This document shows positions 27,349-37,320 of a DNA stretch of 56,236 bases, piece by piece. Origin of the DNA: Eubacteriales bacterium (GTDB lineage Bacteria; Bacillota; Clostridia; Oscillospirales; CAG-272); NCBI GenBank assembly GCA_045539995.1, contig JAZQGJ010000069.1:1-56236 (forward strand), in the 5' to 3' direction. The stretch's first letter is position 1; each line of letters opens with the position of its first letter. Made by a program: the position numbers and the translations under genes. The notes below the pieces were generated by a model. It was not told where the DNA came from. It made no database searches and saw only the letters and a list, made by a program, of their open reading frames with translations.

Positions 27349-28058
27349 TTAGCCACCTCAATAGCGGAAGAAATATCTATCGCCCCTATATAATAAGCCT
27401 TTCCTATTATAGCGCCGTAAAGGTTCATTTCCCGAAGCGCCTTTATATCGTCAAGCGAGGAAACGCCGCCCGACGCGACTATATCTATGCCGTATCTCTC
27501 TGAAAGCTCGGAATAAAGCTCTCTGTTCGTTCCCTGCATAGCGCCGTCCTTTGAAATATCGGTGCAGATTATAGTTTTAACGCCGATCTTCTCTGATTTC
27601 TCGCAGAATTCGTGCAAGGTATAGGCGCTCTTTTCGGTCCAGCCCTTTATTGCGACGTATCCGTCCTTTATATCTATACCGACTGCAATTCTGTCGCCGT
27701 ATTTCTCTACTGCCCTGCAAAGAAAGCCCTCGTCGGTTACTGCCGCCGTGCCGAGAATAACTCGCCCTACCCCTACAGAAAGGTACTTTTCTATCGTTTC
27801 AAGGCTACGTATTCCTCCGCCTATTTCGGCAAAAAGTGAAGTTTTGTTTACAATTTCCGAAACCACGTCAAGATTGGGCGTAGTTCCGTCCTTTGCGCCC
27901 TCAAGGTCAACCAAATGTATGTGTGTCGCGCCGCTTTTCTCAAAATCCTTTGCGACGGAAAGGGGGTCCTCGCTATACACGGTCATTTGAGAATAGTCGC
28001 CGCGATAAAGCCTTACCGCCTTTTTGTCATATAAATCTATTGCGGGAAAAATAATCAT
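27345..28058 (-). CDS. hisA: ProFAR isomerase
   Basis: 237 aa. The IIFPAIDL N-terminus and GGGIRS motif. Confidence 0.92.
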   Translation of the reverse strand: MIIFPAIDLYDKKAVRLYRGDYSQMTVYSEDPLSVAKDFEKSGATHIHLVDLEGAKDGTTPNLDVVSEIVNKTSLFAEIGGGIRSLETIEKYLSVGVGRVILGTAAVTDEGFLCRAVEKYGDRIAVGIDIKDGYVAIKGWTEKSAYTLHEFCEKSEKIGVKTIICTDISKDGAMQGTNRELYSELSERYGIDIVASGGVSSLDDIKALREMNLYGAIIGKAYYIGAIDISSAIEVAK

Positions 28059-28675
28059 TCATTGCCCTCCCACTCGCAGAACGCGCGCAAAATATTGAGT
28101 CCCGTTTTTCCGCTTTTTTCGGGGTGGAACTGGCAGCCGCAAACGTTAGCCGACGCTACCGCCGCCGTAAGAGGCGCGCCGTATTCGGCAGTCGCAATAA
28201 CCGACCTTTCACAGTCGGCGCCGTAAAAGGAGTGAACGAAGTAGACGCACTCTCCTTCTTCCACGTACTTGAATATCGGGTGCTTTTTGCCCCTGAAATG
28301 AAGAGCGTTCCAGCCGATATGAGGAATTTTCAGCTCGCTTGGAATTACCTCGCCTATATATCTGACGCTTCCCTCTATAAGAGAAAGTCCCTTGTGCTCG
28401 CCATATTCAAGGCTGCGCTCAAAAAGCATCTGCATTCCGAGACAGATACCCATAAGAGGAGTACCGTCCTTTACCTTGTCGCATATTACTCTGTCAAGAC
28501 CGCTTTCCTTTAATTTCTTCGACGCATCGGCGAAAGCGCCAACACCGGGAAGTATAATTCTGTCTGCTTTTGCTATAACGTCTCTGTCTCCGCTTACCTC
28601 GACTTCCTGTCCTATAAAGGCAAACGAGCTTTTAAGCGAAAACAGATTTCCTACTCCGTAGTCGACAATAACCAT
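28055..28675 (-). CDS. hisH: imidazole glycerol phosphate synthase glutaminase subunit
   Basis: 206 aa. Class I amidotransferase triad context (GICLGMQ, HSF, QFHPEKS). Confidence 0.92.
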   Translation of the reverse strand: MVIVDYGVGNLFSLKSSFAFIGQEVEVSGDRDVIAKADRIILPGVGAFADASKKLKESGLDRVICDKVKDGTPLMGICLGMQMLFERSLEYGEHKGLSLIEGSVRYIGEVIPSELKIPHIGWNALHFRGKKHPIFKYVEEGECVYFVHSFYGADCERSVIATAEYGAPLTAAVASANVCGCQFHPEKSGKTGLNILRAFCEWEGNE

Positions 28676-28676
28676 A

Positions 28677-29264
28677 TTAAAGCGCTCCCTTGGTTGACGG
28701 AATCTGTCCCGCTCTTCTCTCGTCGAAAGAAAGAGCGTCGCAAAGGCTTCTTGAAACAGATTTGAAAGCGCCCTCTATCACGTGGTGCGAATTATCTCCG
28801 CATATGCTTCTTATGTGTAAAGTTAAGTTTGCATTGCTTGCAAAGGCGATGAAAAATTCCCGTACAAGCTCGGTGTCGAAGTCACCTACCTTTTCAGTGG
28901 GGATAAGGACGTCATACACGAGCATTCCTCTGCCCGAAATATCGACTGATGAGAGAATGAGAGACTCGTCCATAGGAAGAATTTTACTGCCGTAACGGGC
29001 AATTCCCTTTTTGTCTCCCATAGCCTGTAAGAATGCCGCGCCGAGCGCTATTCCTATATCCTCCGTCGTGTGGTGGAAATCGACCTCACAGTCGCCCTTG
29101 CAGGACACCTTTAAGTCAAAGAGCCCGTGAGACGCGAAAAGCGTAAGCATATGGTCTAAAAAGCCGCAGCCCGTATTTATATCCGATTTTCCCTTTCCGT
29201 CAATATTCAATTCAACAGAAATATCGGTCTCCTTCGTTTTTCTCTTTATACTGCCTGTTCTCAT
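28677..29264 (-). CDS. hisB: imidazoleglycerol-phosphate dehydratase
   Basis: 195 aa. RKTKETDI, HHTTED and HH(V)IEA motifs. Confidence 0.93.
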   Translation of the reverse strand: MRTGSIKRKTKETDISVELNIDGKGKSDINTGCGFLDHMLTLFASHGLFDLKVSCKGDCEVDFHHTTEDIGIALGAAFLQAMGDKKGIARYGSKILPMDESLILSSVDISGRGMLVYDVLIPTEKVGDFDTELVREFFIAFASNANLTLHIRSICGDNSHHVIEGAFKSVSRSLCDALSFDERRAGQIPSTKGAL

Positions 29265-29265
29265 T

Positions 29266-30333
29266 TTAAATTCCTCTTTCCTTGATTATTTCTTCGATTG
29301 CCGACACGAGAGTGCTCATCTGCGTTTTCGTACCGACTGTAATTCTGTTATAATCCTTTATTTCGGGCGTCGAAAAGTGACGTACTAAAATTCCTCTTTC
29401 TCTTAATTTCAGATAGAGCGACTCGCCGTCAATTTTTTCGTGCTTGGCGAAAAGGAAGTTAGCCTTTGAGTCGGTTACAAAAAAGCCGAGCCTCCGAAGC
29501 GCGCCCTTCGCTTCCTCTCTGTTTTCTATAATCGTTTCACAGTTTTTCTTATAATAATCGGAGTCGCCGAGCGCCGCGTATCCCGCCGCCATAGTCATTC
29601 TGTTGACGTTATAGGGATTCGTCGAATACTTTATCGTATTCATATCAAAAATAAGCGAGTCGTTCGCTATAGCGAAGCCGAGCCTTGCGCCCGCCATTGA
29701 ATAGGACTTCGAAAAGGTACGGGTTATTATAAGGTTGTCGTATTTGCTTATAAGAGGCAGAGCGCTTTCTCCGCCGAAGTCTATATACGCCTCGTCTATT
29801 ATAACGACGTTTTCTCTGTTCGTCTTTAAAATACGCTCTATCTCATCGAGCGAAAGTATAAGTCCCGTCGGCGCGTTAGGATTGGCTATAACTATATTCA
29901 TTCCTATATTTTCGTACTCCGACACGTCGATGGAAAAGTCCTCTTTTAAGGGAATTTCCTTATAGGGTATACCGTTAAGACAGGCAAAGACGGGATAAAA
30001 GCCGTACGTCAGAGCGGGAAATGCAAAGGGGTGATTTTCGTCTCCGAAAGCCATAAAAGCAAAATTGAGTATCTCGTCGGAGCCGTTCGTCATAAGAATC
30101 TGATTTTTTGATACTCCGTAGAACTCGGCTGCTCTTTCGTTTAAATCTCTGCATTCGGGGTCGGAATAGAGCTGAAGGCGAGAGGCCTCCCTCTCTACTG
30201 CCTCTATTACGCTTTTCGACGGCGGAAACGGAGACTCGTTCGTATTTAATTTTATATATACGGCGTCCTTCGGCTGCTCGCCCGGGGTATACGCCTTAAG
30301 AGCCGAATGGCGCTTACTGAAAAAACGGCTCAT
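29266..30333 (-). CDS. hisC: histidinol-phosphate aminotransferase
   Basis: 355 aa. Class II aminotransferase with the RTFSKSYSMAGARLG PLP-lysine motif. Confidence 0.9.
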   Translation of the reverse strand: MSRFFSKRHSALKAYTPGEQPKDAVYIKLNTNESPFPPSKSVIEAVEREASRLQLYSDPECRDLNERAAEFYGVSKNQILMTNGSDEILNFAFMAFGDENHPFAFPALTYGFYPVFACLNGIPYKEIPLKEDFSIDVSEYENIGMNIVIANPNAPTGLILSLDEIERILKTNRENVVIIDEAYIDFGGESALPLISKYDNLIITRTFSKSYSMAGARLGFAIANDSLIFDMNTIKYSTNPYNVNRMTMAAGYAALGDSDYYKKNCETIIENREEAKGALRRLGFFVTDSKANFLFAKHEKIDGESLYLKLRERGILVRHFSTPEIKDYNRITVGTKTQMSTLVSAIEEIIKERGI

Positions 30334-31613
30334 TTTCCTTTTTCCTCCATTCTGACCGTCGCGCTTCTTCCGTGGGCAGTCAAGCCCTCAGTACGCGCGA
30401 ATTTATCTACGTCGTACGCCACCTCTTTAAACGCTTCTTCGGGATAATAAATGAACTGCGACTTTTTAATGAAGTCGTCAACGGACAAGGGGCTTGAAAA
30501 CCTCGCCGTACCGCCTGTGGGAAGCGTATGATTGGGACCTGCGTAATAGTCGCCGAGGGCCTCAGGGCAATTTTTGCCCATAAATACCGAGCCCGCGTTC
30601 TTTATTTTTTCAAGGTAGTCAAAGGGGTTGTCCACGCAAAGCTCAAGATGCTCTGGGGCTAACTCGTTTGAAATATCTATAACCACGTCAAGCGTGTCGG
30701 CTACTATTATTTTTCCGTTATTATCTATAGACGCTCTCGCTATTTCCTCTCGCTCAAGCAGAGGAATCTGTCTTTCAAGCTCGTCTCTTACCTTAACGGC
30801 AAGCTCTTCGCTATCGGTAACAAGCACAGCCGACGCGAGCTTGTCGTGCTCTGCCTGAGATAAGAGGTCGGATGCCACATTTTTTGCCGACGCCGTACCG
30901 TCTGCTACTACTAAAATCTCGCTCGGGCCTGCAATCATATCTATCGAGACCTGACCGAACACCTGCTTTTTCGCCTCAGCGACAAAGGCGTTCCCGGGAC
31001 CTACTATTTTATCGACTCTCGGCACGCTATCTGTTCCGTAGGCGAGCGCGGCTATCGCCTGAGCGCCACCTATTTTGAACACTCTGTCAACTCCCGCTAT
31101 TTTTGCGGCGGCAAGAATGGGGGCGCTTACCTTACCTTCGGCGTTAGGCGGCGTCACCATAACTATTTCCGAGCAGCCCGCAATTTTTGCGGGAATGGAA
31201 TCCATAAGCACGGTTGACGGATAAGCGGCTGTTCCACCCGGAACGTAAAGCCCCGCCTTTTCTATAGGAATTATTCTCTGACCGAGTATAACTCCCTTTT
31301 CTCCGTTTAAGATATAGCTCTGTCTTACCTGAGCCGAATGGAAGCGGCGAATGTTTTCGGCGGCGGTCTTTAAAATTCTTATAAAGTCGGCGTCTACGAG
31401 TGTCATAGCCTCATCAAACTCGCTCTCGCTCACCTCAAGCGAGGAAAGAGACGCGCGGTCGAATTTCTCGCAGTATTCATAGAGAGCCTTGTCACCGTTT
31501 TCGCGTACGTTTGAAATTATATCGGAGACTATAGCCTCTACGTCGACTTTCGGCTCAACGCGCGCAAAAATCTCTCCCTTTTCTACTTCTCCGTATTTTA
31601 ATATGCTGATCAT
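30330..31613 (-). CDS. hisD: histidinol dehydrogenase
   Basis: 427 aa. The QAEHD motif and GDYxAGPNHxLPT motif. Confidence 0.93.
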   Translation of the reverse strand: MISILKYGEVEKGEIFARVEPKVDVEAIVSDIISNVRENGDKALYEYCEKFDRASLSSLEVSESEFDEAMTLVDADFIRILKTAAENIRRFHSAQVRQSYILNGEKGVILGQRIIPIEKAGLYVPGGTAAYPSTVLMDSIPAKIAGCSEIVMVTPPNAEGKVSAPILAAAKIAGVDRVFKIGGAQAIAALAYGTDSVPRVDKIVGPGNAFVAEAKKQVFGQVSIDMIAGPSEILVVADGTASAKNVASDLLSQAEHDKLASAVLVTDSEELAVKVRDELERQIPLLEREEIARASIDNNGKIIVADTLDVVIDISNELAPEHLELCVDNPFDYLEKIKNAGSVFMGKNCPEALGDYYAGPNHTLPTGGTARFSSPLSVDDFIKKSQFIYYPEEAFKEVAYDVDKFARTEGLTAHGRSATVRMEEKGK

Positions 31614-32251
31614 TTTCTCGCCTCCACTTGAGTCTTCATCTTATTAAGCAAACGGCTTATAGCGTCGTATTTGAACTGATAGGCAGAACGGTTTGCAACA
31701 AGTCGGGCGCTCACCTCAGAGACTGTTTCAAAGGGCTCTAAATTATTTTCCATTAAGGTTTTTCCCGTTTCGACTATATCGACTATTACGTCGGAAAGCC
31801 CTAAAATGGGCGCAAGCTCTATTGAACCGTTCAATTTTATTATATCTATATCTCTGCATCTTCGTCCGTAATAGTCCATTGTTACGTTAGGGAATTTCGT
31901 CGCCACTCGCAGAGTGTTTTCCGTCCTGTCGTGAAAGCCGACCTTACCCGCGACTGCGAGACGGCATTTTCCCATATTCAAATCGAGAAGCTCAAAGACG
32001 TCGGGCTTCGACTCCATAAGGATATCCTTGCCGACAACGCCTATATCAGCCGCGCCCCTCTCTACGTATATCGCCACGTCGGAGGGCTTTACCCAGAAGT
32101 AGCACACGCCTGCTTCCTTGTTTTCAAAAATCAGCTTTCTTGTATCTTCAAGCGCTTCGGGGCACTCAAAGCCCGCTTCTGCGAACATCTTATAAACCTT
32201 TTCGCCCAGCCGTCCTTTTGGCAGGGCTATCTGAAGCATATCAGACATCAT
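31610..32251 (-). CDS. hisG: ATP phosphoribosyltransferase, short (HisZ-dependent) form
   Basis: 213 aa. The LPKGRL N-terminus and DIVETGKTL motif. It is short and lacks the C-terminal regulatory domain. Confidence 0.92.
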   Translation of the reverse strand: MMSDMLQIALPKGRLGEKVYKMFAEAGFECPEALEDTRKLIFENKEAGVCYFWVKPSDVAIYVERGAADIGVVGKDILMESKPDVFELLDLNMGKCRLAVAGKVGFHDRTENTLRVATKFPNVTMDYYGRRCRDIDIIKLNGSIELAPILGLSDVIVDIVETGKTLMENNLEPFETVSEVSARLVANRSAYQFKYDAISRLLNKMKTQVEARK

Positions 32252-33351
32252 TTTTTCTCCTTTGTCAATCTCTCTAACGTACGGTAACGAAGCTTGCTTG
32301 GTATTTCATACTGCACCGAGACGCTTTTTCCGTCTCTCGTCAATTCCTCGCCTCTCTTTGCGATAAGCGAGGGCTCAGTATCGGCGTCGGCAAGTAAAAG
32401 CACGTCGACGTCGAACTCGGCAGGCTCTTCAAGCCTTGAGAGGCAGTCGAGATATACGGCGAAGCCTATCGCGCGCGAGCTTTTTCCCATCTTTTGCATA
32501 AGACGGTCATACTGTCCTCCGTTAAGGACGCTTGTGGGTATACCCTTTACGTATCCTCGGAAAATAATTCCGTTATAATAATTCATATCTCCTATAAGAG
32601 AGAAGTCGGCGCATATGCGAACGCCCGAAAGCTCGCCGAGCAAATTTACTATATTCTCAAATTCAGAAAGGGCGGAAAGCAAGGCTTGGTCGTCGGTCAT
32701 AGCCCTTAAAGACGACACGACCTCGTTTACGTCTCCGTAGCACTCGGTAAGCGCGACAAGCAATTCTTCCTTTTTTTCGTCTATTCCGCATTCAGCGCAT
32801 ATCTCTTTTATGCCGTGAGGATTTTTCTCGCCTATGCATTTCAAAAGAGGGGCGCGAAACGCGCCGAGCGCTTCTCCGTCAATCAAGGCAGACACAATAC
32901 CGAGATGCGAAATATTAAGCGCACACTCCGAAGAAATGGTCTGCAAGCTCCTTGCGGCAAGGTATAAAACCTCGCTCTGATTATATTCGTTTAAGTCGCC
33001 TATACACTCAATACCCGTCTGCATAATTTCCTTATACTGATGCGTGCTGTCAGACACTCTGTAGACGTTTTCATTATAATAAAGGCGCTCGGTAATATTC
33101 GGCGTATCGGCTGTGTTTTTAACTATCGAAAGAGTAACGTCGGGCTTGAGAGCCATCAGCTTTCCACTCGTATCGGTAAAGGTTATTACTCTGTCGGACA
33201 AGAGGAACTCTTTATTTCTGCTATAAAGGTCGTATTCCTCGAACTTGCTCATCTTGAAGCAGGTGTAGCCGTACGAGCGATAAAGGCTTCGCAGATTGAA
33301 AATTACCTTTTCCTCGCACTTAAGCAGACTGTCATCTATTCTCATTTTCAT
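32248..33351 (-). CDS. hisZ: ATP phosphoribosyltransferase regulatory subunit (HisRS paralog)
   Basis: 367 aa. Class II aaRS-like core with no anticodon-binding domain, directly upstream of the short hisG. Confidence 0.85.
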   Translation of the reverse strand: MKMRIDDSLLKCEEKVIFNLRSLYRSYGYTCFKMSKFEEYDLYSRNKEFLLSDRVITFTDTSGKLMALKPDVTLSIVKNTADTPNITERLYYNENVYRVSDSTHQYKEIMQTGIECIGDLNEYNQSEVLYLAARSLQTISSECALNISHLGIVSALIDGEALGAFRAPLLKCIGEKNPHGIKEICAECGIDEKKEELLVALTECYGDVNEVVSSLRAMTDDQALLSALSEFENIVNLLGELSGVRICADFSLIGDMNYYNGIIFRGYVKGIPTSVLNGGQYDRLMQKMGKSSRAIGFAVYLDCLSRLEEPAEFDVDVLLLADADTEPSLIAKRGEELTRDGKSVSVQYEIPSKLRYRTLERLTKEKK

Positions 33352-33631
33352 TCTCCTCTAATCTTTCCATAGCGAGCCTGTATCCCCCCGAGCCGTACAT
33401 AAGCGCTCGGTTTACTCGGCTTATGGTAGCGGTAGACATTCCCGTTTCCTTCGCTATCACCGCGTAGCTTTTCTTGTCGGAAAGCATCTTCGCGACCTCA
33501 AAGCGCTGCGCTATATCGAGAATTTCCTTGACGGTACACGCGTCGTCAAAAAAGCTGTAGCATTCGTCTATTGTTTTTAAAGATAAAATAGCCTTAAAGA
33601 GCTTGTCGGTCGCCTCATTATGATAATTCAT
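33332..33631 (-). CDS. YerC/YecD-family TrpR-like DNA-binding protein (candidate his operon regulator)
   Basis: 99 aa. TrpR-like HTH (QRFEVAKML...SYAVIAKETGMSTATISRVNRAL). It overlaps hisZ by 20 bp and is the first gene of the his transcription unit. Confidence 0.75.
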   Translation of the reverse strand: MNYHNEATDKLFKAILSLKTIDECYSFFDDACTVKEILDIAQRFEVAKMLSDKKSYAVIAKETGMSTATISRVNRALMYGSGGYRLAMERLEENENENR

Positions 33632-33659
33632 TTACGTTTCTCCTGTATCGCTTTTTTGT

Positions 33660-33710
33660 TTTATCACTTTATCACGCTAATACAATAGCACACTTTAAAG
33701 AAAAAGTCAA
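33660..33710 (-). promoter_or_regulatory. promoter of the yerC-like/his operon plus a tandem GTGATAAA direct repeat (candidate operator)
   Basis: Minus strand reads TTGACT (33705-33710), 17 nt, then TATTGT (33682-33687). Just downstream lies GTGATAAAGTGATAAA (complement of 33660-33675). Confidence 0.55.
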
Positions 33711-33748
33711 GTGTTTTTTTTAATAATATAAAAAAAGTAAAGTAATTT

Positions 33749-33794
33749 AAAAAATACCCGAAGTTTTAAGCGTCAAGGCGCGCCTTCGGGTATT
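33749..33794 (-). terminator. intrinsic terminator after bioY
   Basis: The 10-bp arms ATACCCGAAG (33754-33763) and CTTCGGGTAT (33784-33793) are followed by a U-run on the minus strand. Confidence 0.7.
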
Positions 33795-33799
33795 TATTT

Positions 33800-34354
33800 T
33801 CAAATCTTAAGGATTCTTTTTAATCTGTCGGAAATGGCTGACGCGAAAACGATTTTTATAATATCGAAAAGCAAAAACGGCAGTACGCAGACAGAAATGA
33901 TTCCCAAAAAAGAACTCTCGCCCCCGCCTCTCGCGTAGAAAAACCAAAACCAAAAGGAGCCCATAGCGTAGGACACGAGCTGTCCTATCAGCATTGACGC
34001 AAGGCGAAAAAGAGCTTTTCCTCTAAAAAGAAAAGTAAAGAGCGATAAAATCAGAGCTATAAAAGGAAAGCTCAGAAGAAATCCGCCCGTCTCTCCGAAA
34101 AGCCTGCCGAGCCCTCCCGTAAAGCCTGCAAAAACAGGCAGTCCGAGCGCCCCAAGCGCAAGATAGACCGATATGGCGAAAAAGGCGCGCCTACCCCCTA
34201 AAATTCCTATAACGAGAAAAACGCCAAAGCTCTGCATCGAATAGGGGATAGACAATAGGGGAAGCTGTATCCAGGCGCAAACGGCGATTACCACAGCCGA
34301 CAGCGCGATGAATACAGTGCTTTTTATCCTATCACTCATATTAAAGCCTGTCAT
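33800..34354 (-). CDS. bioY: biotin transporter, ECF S-component BioY
   Basis: 184 aa, ~6 TM segments. The motif run PITLQ-like SIPYSMQSFGV, LGLPVFAG and GGFLLSFP is typical of BioY. The start may instead be the internal MSDRIK. Confidence 0.85.
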   Translation of the reverse strand: MTGFNMSDRIKSTVFIALSAVVIAVCAWIQLPLLSIPYSMQSFGVFLVIGILGGRRAFFAISVYLALGALGLPVFAGFTGGLGRLFGETGGFLLSFPFIALILSLFTFLFRGKALFRLASMLIGQLVSYAMGSFWFWFFYARGGGESSFLGIISVCVLPFLLFDIIKIVFASAISDRLKRILKI

Positions 34355-35853
34355 TTACCGTTTACAAAATCTATAAAGCGCATAAACGCCTCTCTGCCGC
34401 CTTCAGTACACTTATAAACTCCCGCGTCCTCTAAAACCGCAACAAAAGTCTTTCCTATTTCTTCTCTTAAAATTTCGTCGGCGTTGTCCTTTTTAAAGGT
34501 GTAGTTCTCTTTAAACGCGTCAAACCAGTCGGCGTGCTTTGATATCTCCTCACACTCTCTCACGTCCTTGCCCTCTATCGCGTATTCGGCGAGCAGAGCC
34601 ATTTCCTTCTTAAGACGCGACGGAAGCACCGCAAGTCCCATAACCTCTATAAGACCTATATTTTCCTTTTTGATATTGTGATAGCTTTCACGGGGATGAT
34701 AAACGCCAAAGGGGCGCTCGTCCGTAGTTATATTGTTTCTCAAAACCAAATCAAGCTCGAAGCGCTCGCCTCTGCGACGGGCAATCGGGGTAATGGTGTT
34801 ATGACCTTCGCCGTCGGTCTCTGCAAATATAAAGGCGTTTTCGTCTGTGTACTCTCTCCACGCGCAAAGAATCTTGTCGGAGAGCGAAATAAGAGAGTCC
34901 TTATTTTCCGACGATATCCTGATTACAGACAAGGGCCAATGCACGATAGCGGCGCTGACGTCGCCGTAGCCATTAAACGACAGAGGAATTTCGCTCTCTG
35001 CCCTCTCCATAGCGAAGGTATAACGACCTCCCTGCATATGGTCGTGCGTCAGAATAGAGCCGCCCACTATAGGCAAATCGGCATTCGAGCCTAAGAAATA
35101 GTGCGGAAATATCTCGACGAAATCAAGCAGCTTCACAAAGGCGGAACGGTCTATCTTCATAGGCGTATGCTCGCTTGAAAGCGCTATACAATGCTCGTTA
35201 TAGTAAACGTAGGGCGAATACTGTAAATACCAGCGCTTGCCGTCCATAGTAATAGGAATTTGTCTCAAATTCTGTCTGGGGGCTGAGGAAAGCGTACCCG
35301 AATAGCCCTCGTTTTCGTGGCAGAGCGCGCATTTCGGATATCCGCTCTGCTTCATGCTTTTCGCGGCGGCTATCGCCTTCGGGTCCTTTTCGGGCTTCGA
35401 AAGATTTACGGTTATATCTATTTCACCGTATTTGCTGCCGACCTTCCACTTCAAATCCTTTTTAACTCTGTATGTACGGATATAGTCGCAATCAAGACAG
35501 AATTTATAAAAATAATCGGTAGCCTTTTCGGGCGACTCGGAGTAAAGCTCGAAGAATTCCCTTATGACCTCGCTCGGTCTCTTTATAAGACGCCCCATAA
35601 GAGAGGTGTCAAAAAGGTCTCTGTACACTACGCTGTCGCTCTCTATAAGGTGATTTTGCACAGCATAATCGTCAAGGTCACGCAAGACTTCCTCAAGCTG
35701 TCTCTCTTCTTTTGTCTCTGCGTCCTCATACGAGTCGAGTCGAAGCGCCGAAAGAAGCGAATTCGTTATAAAGGTCCTGTCGCAGTCCTCAGCAAGAGAA
35801 TGTGATACTGCGTAATTTACCAATTCTTTTATCGCTTTGTTTATATCCGTCAT
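34351..35853 (-). CDS. galT: galactose-1-phosphate uridylyltransferase, type 2 (long Gram-positive form)
   Basis: 500 aa, the size and pattern of family-2 GalT (GYPKCALCHENEGY, ILTHDHMQGG). Confidence 0.85.
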   Translation of the reverse strand: MTDINKAIKELVNYAVSHSLAEDCDRTFITNSLLSALRLDSYEDAETKEERQLEEVLRDLDDYAVQNHLIESDSVVYRDLFDTSLMGRLIKRPSEVIREFFELYSESPEKATDYFYKFCLDCDYIRTYRVKKDLKWKVGSKYGEIDITVNLSKPEKDPKAIAAAKSMKQSGYPKCALCHENEGYSGTLSSAPRQNLRQIPITMDGKRWYLQYSPYVYYNEHCIALSSEHTPMKIDRSAFVKLLDFVEIFPHYFLGSNADLPIVGGSILTHDHMQGGRYTFAMERAESEIPLSFNGYGDVSAAIVHWPLSVIRISSENKDSLISLSDKILCAWREYTDENAFIFAETDGEGHNTITPIARRRGERFELDLVLRNNITTDERPFGVYHPRESYHNIKKENIGLIEVMGLAVLPSRLKKEMALLAEYAIEGKDVRECEEISKHADWFDAFKENYTFKKDNADEILREEIGKTFVAVLEDAGVYKCTEGGREAFMRFIDFVNGK

Positions 35854-35866
35854 TTGAATCTCCGTT

Positions 35867-36382
35867 TTATTTTATTTCTGATAAAAGCTCAAAGAGCCTT
35901 TCATAAATGAAGTCTACGCTCGCTTTTCTTACTCTGTTGCGTCCGAGCGCGCCGAAATATTTCGTATAGGTATACACTCTGCCGAGTATATAAAAGCCGA
36001 AGCAAACCATACCGACAGGCTTTTTGTCCGTTTCGCCCGTCGGCCCCGCTATTCCCGAAACCGAAACGGCAATAGAAGCAGAGCCTGCTCTTGCCGCTCC
36101 CTCTGCCATCTCGCCTGCCACCTGCTCGCTTACCACTCCGTAGCTATCTATCGTTTCGGGCAAAACACCGAGCCTCTTGATTTTAGAGTCATTTGCATAA
36201 GTGACAAAGGACTCAGAAAGAACGTATGACGCGTCGGGAATACTCACGAGCCGCGCCACCGCCGCGCCGCCCGTACAGGATTCGGCAAAGGTAATATTAA
36301 GCCCCTTTTCCTTTAAAATCGAAACGACTCTCGCCGCATTTTCCGTCTCGCGTATTCCGTCAAAAATAACATTTTCTCTCAT
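35867..36382 (-). CDS. pncC: CinA C-terminal-domain protein / nicotinamide-nucleotide amidohydrolase
   Basis: 171 aa. The ESCTGG motif and GIAGP motif. Confidence 0.8.
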   Translation of the reverse strand: MRENVIFDGIRETENAARVVSILKEKGLNITFAESCTGGAAVARLVSIPDASYVLSESFVTYANDSKIKRLGVLPETIDSYGVVSEQVAGEMAEGAARAGSASIAVSVSGIAGPTGETDKKPVGMVCFGFYILGRVYTYTKYFGALGRNRVRKASVDFIYERLFELLSEIK

Positions 36383-37272
36383 TTTGCTTTTTCGCCCTTA
36401 TACGCCTCTATCCTGCTGATAAGAAGCCGTCCCGTGTCGTGCATAAATTTAAGCGCTGTCGGGATAAATTCGGGTGAATAGCGCGTCAAAAAGCCGTCGG
36501 CTTCAAAGGTGAAGTTTCCTCTGTAGCCTATGTCGGCGAGAGCGCGGCATATCTCATCCCAATTCATATTTGCGGTATAAGGTAACGTGTGAAGGTCCTT
36601 TATATAATCGTTGTCGTGAACGTGGAGCGCGTTTATTCTGTCGGCGCCCATATATCGCAATATATCGTGAGCTTCCCTGCCGCAAAGTCCCGCGTGTCCC
36701 AAATCGAGACAGCCCGTTATCCATTCGCTTCCCAAGTCGTCTATATATTTACAGAACTCGTCGGGCGACGCGCAGGCGCTGTCTCTGCATACGCCTCTCT
36801 TCTGGTCAGGCTCATACATATTTTCTGCCGCCACCCTTATTCCGTACCTTTCGCAATAAGGAATAAGCGAACGGTAAAACTCCATATTCATCTCGTAAAG
36901 GGCTTCTGCGTTCATATAATACTTCAAATGCTTTATGGGATGAACGACTATAATCTCTGCCCCGAGGAAAGCGGAAATTTCCATTGAACGCGCTATTTTC
37001 TCCCTTATCGTCGCATTAAAGCTCTCGTCTGTTGCCGAGCTCGACGGACAGGGCGCGTGCGCTTGTAAAAAGCGAATTCCGTTCTCGTCGGCCTTGTCCT
37101 TCATAGCCCTCGCTATGTCCATATAGCCGTCGGCGTTATACGGGCTGTCGTCCTTCAGCATATCTATAGCGTAAAAGTCTATGCCGTCGAAGCCCGCCTT
37201 GGCTATCGCCTCTATCGTTTTATCCATACCGAGAATAGGCGCTGAATATTTTGTGGTTGTCACTAAACGCAT
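36379..37272 (-). CDS. xylose-isomerase-like TIM-barrel protein (sugar-phosphate isomerase/epimerase family), paralog A
   Basis: 297 aa. Conserved blocks VVHP, AAENMY, CLDLGHA, LHVHDN and FEAD are putative metal ligands. GGAGGAG RBS. It resembles the next two genes along its whole length (well over half of positions identical by eye). Confidence 0.75.
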   Translation of the reverse strand: MRLVTTTKYSAPILGMDKTIEAIAKAGFDGIDFYAIDMLKDDSPYNADGYMDIARAMKDKADENGIRFLQAHAPCPSSSATDESFNATIREKIARSMEISAFLGAEIIVVHPIKHLKYYMNAEALYEMNMEFYRSLIPYCERYGIRVAAENMYEPDQKRGVCRDSACASPDEFCKYIDDLGSEWITGCLDLGHAGLCGREAHDILRYMGADRINALHVHDNDYIKDLHTLPYTANMNWDEICRALADIGYRGNFTFEADGFLTRYSPEFIPTALKFMHDTGRLLISRIEAYKGEKAK

Positions 37273-37320
37273 ACTTCTCCTCCAAATAATCTAAAATATA
37301 ATCAAAGCCTGCAAAAAGCC

